DNA of 64,000 bases, from positions 69,623-133,622 of the forward strand of contig MHCP01000030.1 of the NCBI GenBank assembly GCA_001816655.1, in the 5' to 3' direction. A program made the translations under genes and the position numbers. Below, in pieces: positions 58,086 through 64,000 of this stretch (positions within the stretch are counted from its first letter, which is position 1; the number at the start of each line of letters is the position of its first letter). Below the pieces are notes generated by a model. That model was not told the DNA's origin. It made no database searches and saw only the letters and a list, made by a program, of their open reading frames with translations. Source of the stretch: Candidatus Woykebacteria bacterium RBG_13_40_15 (lineage in GTDB: Bacteria > Patescibacteriota > Microgenomatia > Woykebacterales > RBG-16-39-9b).

Positions 58086-59165
58086 CTACTTATATGAGAC
58101 GGGGGAGCCGGTAGGTACCGCCCCCACCCAAATCTGGCCTCTATTCAAACTTATTTCTTTTCCTTTATTATCGTAAAAACGGGTACGAGAAGCTCTATTG
58201 GCCTTTTTCCACTTTCCAGCAATTGCTTTCCCATCCTTGAAAACTATGACATCCCCACTGCCCTCATTTTGTATCAAAATCCTACTGTGCCCTGAGGGTT
58301 CGGGACTAATCTGAACGTATTGGACAATGATATTTTTTGCTGAAAGCCGCTCACTGTTCCCAGCGTCAAGATGTTTTTCACCACCATTACTTCGTAAATA
58401 GGTGTTTGTTGCGGGCTGGTAGACCCAGCTTACATCATAGCCATATGCACCGAGAAATCCTAAGCTTAAGGTAAATGTTTTTGGTCGCTCTTTGGGCGTT
58501 GCTTCAAAGTCAGAAAAAATCCAAGAATCAATTTTCACGGGTCCCCTAAAACCACGATCCGTTGCAACCTCACGCAGTTTTTTTGTATTTGTATAGACAT
58601 TATGAGGTGCAGCACGACTGCTTATTCTTTCATACGTAGGGCTACCGATAAAGAATTGATCTAGATCCTTAATACCGTAATCTTTCACAAGTTGCTGAGC
58701 CAAAGGGCTTCCACCAATATGGGCGTATCCAGCGCTATATTCACTTACCCAATCAAGAAAATACGGTCGATTGCTTCTGACTGGTCCTAAATTGGAATCG
58801 TTCGCTAAATAAATAGCTAGTAGTCTGGTAATTCCCCCTTCAGCCAAAGTCTCGTAAACAAGGTCGGCACGGCTTAAACCTGTTTGTGGACGAGCTTCAG
58901 TGTGATTCTCAATAACAACTGCTAAAGGCAAGTTATTACTCCAAGCTTTTGCTTCGTCTTTTGTGTAAAGCAAGCCATTTATTGGATTTGGGATATTGGC
59001 TATGACAGGCGCGTTTCTGTTTTCATAATTTCCAATTGAAGCTATCGAAACGCTTTTTTTACCGAGAACAAATCCTAGTGCACCCCAAACAAAAATATAG
59101 ACGAGCAGCAAAATTAAAACTAATATTTTTTGCTTTTTTGATAAAAGTTTAAAGTGTTTTAGCAT
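58086..59165 (-). CDS. DUF3048 (YerB-like) membrane-anchored protein
   Basis: 359 aa. ENHTEARPQTGL and NRPYFLDW, characteristic of DUF3048. Confidence 0.6.
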   Translation of the reverse strand: MLKHFKLLSKKQKILVLILLLVYIFVWGALGFVLGKKSVSIASIGNYENRNAPVIANIPNPINGLLYTKDEAKAWSNNLPLAVVIENHTEARPQTGLSRADLVYETLAEGGITRLLAIYLANDSNLGPVRSNRPYFLDWVSEYSAGYAHIGGSPLAQQLVKDYGIKDLDQFFIGSPTYERISSRAAPHNVYTNTKKLREVATDRGFRGPVKIDSWIFSDFEATPKERPKTFTLSLGFLGAYGYDVSWVYQPATNTYLRSNGGEKHLDAGNSERLSAKNIIVQYVQISPEPSGHSRILIQNEGSGDVIVFKDGKAIAGKWKKANRASRTRFYDNKGKEISLNRGQIWVGAVPTGSPVSYK

Positions 59166-59339
59166 CGATTTGGTTCAAATTGAACAATACTAGTACCCAA
59201 AAAGATACAAATTTTTTAACAAACCGTCAAGTGGTAGTTTCGAGTTGCGTACCAGTTAGCTTTGTGCTAGCATATTCAATGAATTCAGTTAGAACGTAAG
59301 CCCTGCTTATTTCTTAATTCTGAATTATTAATTAGTAAC

Positions 59340-59714
59340 ATGCCAAAAAAGACTCGTGCGGAAAAACTGGCAGCCCAGCTACGGCGACTAAAAATGCAAT
59401 CGTCTGTTAGCGGTCAGCAACCAAGCCCTATTAACCAAACAATACCGCAACCAACAGCAGAGGTTGGACAGGAAAAACCAAGAGAAGTTCCTATAACCAC
59501 AACCAAACCCGTAATTAACATTCAGCAAATTATCGAAAAAAAACAGTCTCCAAAAGACGAGTCCCAAAGATATAGTTATTCGTATGTAAAAGGCGATTTG
59601 AGGAAGATAGTTGTCCTCGCTAGCCTCGCAGTAGCAGTCGAAGTAGGGTTGAACTTGACATTACGCACAAGCTTTGCTAAGCTGATCCTACGCACGTTCG
59701 GGATCGAAATTTAG
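59340..59714 (+). CDS. hypothetical protein with a C-terminal TM
   Basis: 124 aa ORF with a Q/P-rich middle. Confidence 0.4.
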   Translation: MPKKTRAEKLAAQLRRLKMQSSVSGQQPSPINQTIPQPTAEVGQEKPREVPITTTKPVINIQQIIEKKQSPKDESQRYSYSYVKGDLRKIVVLASLAVAVEVGLNLTLRTSFAKLILRTFGIEI

Positions 59715-59802
59715 ATGAAAATCTCGAACCTTTATTTCTTTTTCGAAAGGGGGTGAACCAACCAACAGGTTGAATTTCGAAAAAAGATTCAACCTACTAT
59801 AT

Positions 59803-59943
59803 ATGGCTTCAATGTATTGCGTAAAATGCCGCGCCAAGAAAGAGGTTGCAAACCCAGAAAGCGTTACCATGAAGAATGGTAAGAAAGCTTTGCGCGGAAC
59901 ATGTCCAGACTGTGGGACAAAGATGTTCAAGATTGGTGGCTAA
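59803..59943 (+). CDS. small zinc-ribbon protein (46 aa, CVKC...CPDC), missing from the ORF track
   Basis: Hand translation MASMYCVKCRAKKEVANPESVTMKNGKKALRGTCPDCGTKMFKIGG*. A 7-bp hairpin GTTGAAT-n11-ATTCAAC lies just upstream. Confidence 0.5.
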   Translation: MASMYCVKCRAKKEVANPESVTMKNGKKALRGTCPDCGTKMFKIGG

Positions 59944-59971
59944 TTTAGTTTTTGAATTAGTTTTTACCACA

Positions 59972-60008
59972 ACGAAAAACCCCTCGAATTTCATCGGGGG
60001 TTTTTCGT
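59972..60008. terminator. intrinsic terminator, 12-bp stem ACGAAAAACCCC / GGGGGTTTTTCGT (bidirectional)
   Basis: Read directly. A U-tract follows on both strands. Confidence 0.6.
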
Positions 60009-60038
60009 TTGTTGAAAGCTAAACTGTATCTCCTAAAC

Positions 60039-60067
60039 TTGAAATCCCATAGTATTTGTGATATAAT
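60039..60067 (+). promoter_or_regulatory. near-consensus sigma70-type promoter TTGAAA-N17-TATAAT (extended TGTGaTATAAT)
   Basis: Positions 60039-44 and 60062-67. Drives the small GC-rich ORF; the RBS GAGGAGG sits at 60099-60105. Confidence 0.5.
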
Positions 60068-60111
60068 GTAGTTGCGGAAAAATTTAATGTCTACATTTGA
60101 GGAGGAGACGA

Positions 60112-60330
60112 ATGGAAGCATTAGTAAAAGGGTTAGAGGTCATCGCGGGGCTTGCGGCGTTTTATAGCCTACTCTTTGCGGCTGTCGGGGGGATGGTATC
60201 AGCAAACGCAGGAACGTATGGTATGAAGAACACGCGTGCTGAGAACGCGGCGAACCTGCTCTTAACGGTGTTCACAATAGCTCTTGTTGCCTTCCTAATC
60301 ACCTTATGGATCCAATCCTCCACAAGGTAA
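60112..60330 (+). CDS. small two-TM membrane protein on a GC-rich islet
   Basis: MEALVKGLEVIAGLAAFYSLLFAAVGG... Start at the ATG after the GGAGG RBS, rather than the TTG at 60097 used by the ORF track. Confidence 0.5.
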   Translation: MEALVKGLEVIAGLAAFYSLLFAAVGGMVSANAGTYGMKNTRAENAANLLLTVFTIALVAFLITLWIQSSTR

Positions 60331-60366
60331 CATTCTTGGAAGGAGGCGACGGAGGAGAACTGAAAG

Positions 60367-60412
60367 CCCTGCGGAAGTTGCGTTGAACGCAGCCGTAGGG
60401 TTTTTTATTTTT
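60367..60412 (+). terminator. intrinsic terminator CCCUGCGG...CCGUAGGG plus U6AU5
   Basis: 8-bp stem with one G-U wobble, then a T-run. Confidence 0.55.
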
Positions 60413-60431
60413 ATAAATTTAACTTGCCACT

Positions 60432-61250
60432 CTAGTGGATAAAATCTTCGGTTAAGGTAGCTATGTGAACTGGTTCTTCAAGAGGAGTTAAGTGACTGTG
60501 TTCTGGGATAATAATAAGTTCAGATCTCCTTATAGAACTTCTTAGTATTTTGATTCTTTCTAACGGCACGATTATATCTAATTCTCCTGCGATCAATAAT
60601 GTTTCTGCTGCAATCTTCTTGGAAAGCTCAATAAGGTCAGTTTTTAAGTAGCTAAGAGCCGATTCCACTATGACTCTCGATTTAGCCTCTTTAAGATCTT
60701 TTATTCCTGAATTTATAAGTTCTTGCTTTCTCTTATTGCTAACACCCCTAATAAGTAGTTCGCCACCAAGTTTGCTAATCAATTCATTTGCTACCCAGAT
60801 TTTCCTGTATTTCCTTGGTAAAAAGTTTGTGAGTTTGTAATAATCGGCTTCCAAATTTTCTAAGAATCCTTTTCCTGAAATTGCTGGAGAAACCAAAATT
60901 AATTTGTTAATTAGGTTTGGAAACATAGCAGCATATTGGATACCTATAGATCCACCTAAAGAGTGTCCCCACAAGTAAAAGTCTTTTAAACCTAAACTAG
61001 TGACAAAGGAATTAAGAAATAAAGCATAGTTCTTTAAACTGTGAGTTTTGTTTAAAGATTCGGAAAATCCGTAACCAGGCAGATCCAAAAGAATTACTCG
61101 GTGGTTTTCAAAGCATCTAGCAAAAGCAGTTAAGGCTTTGTGATTGCCTCTAAAACCAGGAACTGCCAATAGGGTTGGTTTTAAATGGAGGTTATAAACA
61201 TAGTAAAAAATTTTTGATTCTTCAATATTAATTTGCTTTGACACCATCAA
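60432..61250 (-). CDS. alpha/beta hydrolase (esterase/lipase-like)
   Basis: GHSLGG nucleophile elbow. 272 aa. Confidence 0.75.
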   Translation of the reverse strand: MMVSKQINIEESKIFYYVYNLHLKPTLLAVPGFRGNHKALTAFARCFENHRVILLDLPGYGFSESLNKTHSLKNYALFLNSFVTSLGLKDFYLWGHSLGGSIGIQYAAMFPNLINKLILVSPAISGKGFLENLEADYYKLTNFLPRKYRKIWVANELISKLGGELLIRGVSNKRKQELINSGIKDLKEAKSRVIVESALSYLKTDLIELSKKIAAETLLIAGELDIIVPLERIKILRSSIRRSELIIIPEHSHLTPLEEPVHIATLTEDFIH

Positions 61251-61443
61251 TTTATTATATCAAGGAAATGGAAACAAATTTCAAACCAGCTTCCAACTTG
61301 AAAAACCTATAGCATAATGGTATACTACATCCAACATAACCGCCAAACTAGCGGAAAACGTTAGACTAACGAGGAGGAAACAAGAGAAATGTCGCCAGTA
61401 CACAACGACCCGTTTCTAGGTTGGTGGCTCTGGAAACTAGAGC

Positions 61444-61981
61444 CATGGCAGGCTGGCCTGGTAGCGTTGGCGTAGTCGGTCTTTGGTTCGTCGAAGTCCT
61501 CAGACGCAGGTTCACGACACCGGACTTACCATCTTATGGGCTGTCCATTTTCAAGTGGCACTCTAACTACCTGGGGTACCCTTTTCTGGCTGTGGTAGTA
61601 GGCTCGCTAGCCTTCTACTTCAAAGAGGTAAGCACAGCAACCCCAATAAGCGGGTGGTTGTTCCCAGTCTTCTTCGTGTTGGCTCTCGCGTCGGCTGCTC
61701 TGTTCATCCGGTGGGAGGACCAGAAGAACGGAATCCGCCCTTTCACGAAGCTGAACGCCAATCGGGTTTACAACGCCCTGTTCTGGTTCGCGCCAATAGT
61801 GTACGTACTCATCACGGGGCTCGCGGTACTACTCGGTTATCGGGAAATCCCAAGCGTGGTTGCGCTCGTCGTAGTGCTCTGCCTAGCAATCTTCGCCGGA
61901 ACCCTACTTCTCGATGGCACTGGGTGGAACCCACTACGGGATGAAGTCAAACGCTCGTACCCGAAGTGGAAACTGGATTGA
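61444..61981 (+). CDS. multi-pass membrane protein on a GC-rich islet
   Basis: Five hydrophobic helices. The ORF track begins at a TTG at 61421. A Trp-rich 28-aa mini-ORF (61389..61475) overlaps the start. Confidence 0.4.
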
Positions 61982-62050
61982 CTGGAGTGGAGATCGAAAG
62001 CCTCGCGGAAGTTGCGCAAGCAGCGGAAGCGGGGCTTCTCGGTTTATTGA

Positions 62051-63571
62051 CTAATTTTCACTCTTTGCTCGGTACTGTAGGCTTTCGGCAATGTGCTGTG
62101 GTTTTATTTCTTCTGAACTTTCCAGGTCAGCTATAGTTCTAGCTACTTTCAAAACTCGATGATATGCCCTAGCGGAGAGTTGCATTTTACTGACCGCAGC
62201 TCGAAGAAGATTTAAACAGTCTTGATCAAGTTTGCAAAACTCTTTTATTTCTTTTGCACTCATTTCACTGTTGTTCGCTAGCTTTGTTCCTTTTAGTCTT
62301 TCTGTTTGTTTTTCTCTTGCTTTCTGGACTCTGCTTCTAATTCGTTCTGATGGTTCTGCTTCTTGTTCTGAAGTCAATTTTTCGATTTTCACCGCTGGAA
62401 CATCAATATGTAAATCAATCCGATCTAAAATTGGGCCAGAGAGCCTTTTGTTATAACGAGTGATTTCCCCTGGCACACAAACACATTCTTTTGTTGGCTC
62501 TCCTAAAAACCCGCAAGGGCAAGGATTGGCGGCAGCAATTAGAGTAAATTTGGCTGGGAATGATATGCTGCCAACGGCACGCGACACTGTAACCACACCG
62601 TCTTCCAGGGGCCCTCGCAAGCTTTCTAGAACCATTCTCGGAAATTCAGGAAACTCATCTAAAAATAGGACCCCTCTGTGCGATAGTGAAATTTCCCCTG
62701 GTTTTGGGTGAGTTCCTCCACCGATCAAACCAATCGCACTTGCAGAGTGGTGGGGGCTTCTAAAAGGTCTAGTTTTAACTATTGGCTCTTCTGAATTTAT
62801 CTGCCCCAAAATGGAGTAAATTTTTGTTACTTCCAAAGCCTCGTTAAATGTTAGTCTTGGTAATATTCCCGAAAAAGCCCGAGCCAGAAGGGTCTTCCCC
62901 GCACCTGGTGGTCCTTTGAGTAGCACATTGTGCCCTCCCGCCGCTGCGATCTCTAGTGCTCTTTTCGCTGTCTCCTGTCCTTTTACCTCTTTCATGTCTA
63001 CTCCATTATTTTCGCTTTGATTTAAATTAATCTCCGATTTTGGAACCGCTTTTATTACTTTGTTTCCCGACAAATGATGGAAAAGGCTTGTGACACTTTC
63101 GACTGGTATAACTTTAATCCCATCAACAATTGCTGCTTCTTTTGCGTTTATTGCTGGAACGAAAAAGTTTTTTAATTTCTTCTCTTTTACTAGCATCGCA
63201 ATAGACAACACTGCATTGGTCGAACGCAAAGTTCCGTCAAGAGAAAGCTCACCTATAAAAAGTGAATCGGCTGGGGCAACTGATAATTGGCCAGAAGCAA
63301 TTAAAATTCCAAGAGCCATAGGTAAATCAAAGCTAGGTCCTTCTTTTGGAATATCGGCCGGGGCGAGGTTTACCGTAATTCTTTTTGTGGGAAAATCTGC
63401 GCCAGCATTTTTCAGTGCAGCTCTTACTCGCTCCTTGCTCTCTTCCACGGCTTTGTCCGGGAGACCAACAATTGTGAACGATGGGAGACCTTGAGCGGCG
63501 ATATCGACTTCAACTGTGATAGGAATTGAATCGAGTCCAATGGTAGCACCAGACATCACTTTGGCAAGCAT
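62051..63571 (-). CDS. comM: YifB/ComM-family Mg-chelatase-like AAA+ ATPase
   Basis: 506 aa. N-terminal Lon-like domain, Walker A GPPGAGKT, C-terminal ChlI-type helical domain. Confidence 0.85.
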   Translation of the reverse strand: MLAKVMSGATIGLDSIPITVEVDIAAQGLPSFTIVGLPDKAVEESKERVRAALKNAGADFPTKRITVNLAPADIPKEGPSFDLPMALGILIASGQLSVAPADSLFIGELSLDGTLRSTNAVLSIAMLVKEKKLKNFFVPAINAKEAAIVDGIKVIPVESVTSLFHHLSGNKVIKAVPKSEINLNQSENNGVDMKEVKGQETAKRALEIAAAGGHNVLLKGPPGAGKTLLARAFSGILPRLTFNEALEVTKIYSILGQINSEEPIVKTRPFRSPHHSASAIGLIGGGTHPKPGEISLSHRGVLFLDEFPEFPRMVLESLRGPLEDGVVTVSRAVGSISFPAKFTLIAAANPCPCGFLGEPTKECVCVPGEITRYNKRLSGPILDRIDLHIDVPAVKIEKLTSEQEAEPSERIRSRVQKAREKQTERLKGTKLANNSEMSAKEIKEFCKLDQDCLNLLRAAVSKMQLSARAYHRVLKVARTIADLESSEEIKPQHIAESLQYRAKSEN

Positions 63572-63614
63572 ACGAGGAATTATATCCAGATTTGTAATAA
63601 AAATTCAAGGGTCT

Positions 63615-63974
63615 TTACTTTACATCTTCGTCTTTAAGCTTATTTAAACCCTCAAAATGAATTTTGTTGTCTTTAAAAACTTCCGTAACTTTATACTTTC
63701 CTTTTGTATAAACCTTATCATTTTCCAAAAAGTGGGTTGCTTCTAAAATTATAATGCTGGCTTTAGGTCGTGAGAGCCGTTGGTTACCTTTTGTTTCAAG
63801 CAAAGGAATATCTCCAAAAAGCCAATAATGCCTCTGACCACTTTTTAAAAATGAAAAAATCTTACCTGCCTTTAAATCTTCTGGAATACATTCTTCCTTT
63901 TTCCTTTTCCCGTTTTTAAATTCTGAAATGTTACGCAAAGCAAGATCTGGATTGTACTCAGTTATTATTCCCAT
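63615..63974 (-). CDS. hypothetical protein (119 aa)
   Basis: Clean ORF near the window end. Confidence 0.4.
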   Translation of the reverse strand: MGIITEYNPDLALRNISEFKNGKRKKEECIPEDLKAGKIFSFLKSGQRHYWLFGDIPLLETKGNQRLSRPKASIIILEATHFLENDKVYTKGKYKVTEVFKDNKIHFEGLNKLKDEDVK

Positions 63975-64000
63975 AACGTCCCTTATTCTACCAAAAACCG

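Noticed and set aside
28828-60412. Interpreting the cassette-terminal hairpins as integron attC sites
   Set aside because: No integrase gene or attI is present, and the cassettes are dispersed rather than arrayed. Each has its own promoter, unlike typical integron cassettes.
1-64000. CRISPR array, rRNA genes or IS transposase
   Set aside because: I scanned for regularly spaced direct repeats, rRNA-like conserved strings and transposase-like ORFs and found none. The only repeats found are those reported.

Overview
This is a 64-kb low-GC bacterial segment (roughly mid-30s % GC by eye) with small, tightly packed genes. Several traits fit a reduced-genome, Candidate-Phyla-Radiation-like lineage, but that is inference only. 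They are a split transketolase, a SIS-type bifunctional PGI/PMI, a short AspRS, and many membrane-anchored proteins of unknown function.

The first 11 kb is an all-minus-strand glycolysis / pentose-phosphate supercluster. In reading order on the minus strand it carries gap, rpiB, rpe, tkt-N, a membrane protein, tkt-C, fba, a PfkB kinase, an unknown 420-aa protein, PGI/PMI and a partial trxB. Its leader and inter-gene spacers carry unusual structured elements.

Housekeeping genes fill most of the remaining window. They are an MgtA-like P-type ATPase, two ABC exporter pairs, gltX, aspS, recJ, secD, secF, a DEAD-box helicase, comM, two sensor histidine kinases and AlkD-, PAP2- and CYTH-type enzymes.

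Three things stand out.
1. A tRNA-adjacent islet at about 20.9-22.9 kb holds a three-gene, translationally coupled module (wHTH, coiled-coil protein, HEPN-like Rx6H protein). I could not place it in any family.
2. A defence/mobile island lies at about 39.2-44.7 kb. It holds a HigB/HigA pair flanked by direct repeats, a C-R-M type II restriction-modification system with a C-box-like palindrome, an orphan HigA paralogue beside a decayed toxin gene, a DUF3800 gene and a ribbon-helix-helix (RHH) gene. A dispersed intergenic repeat family runs through it.
3. At least eight short GC-rich single-gene cassettes are scattered through the AT-rich background. Each has its own promoter-like -10, a strong Shine-Dalgarno (SD) and a terminator hairpin.

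I found one tRNA (probably Gln-CUG), no rRNA and no CRISPR array.
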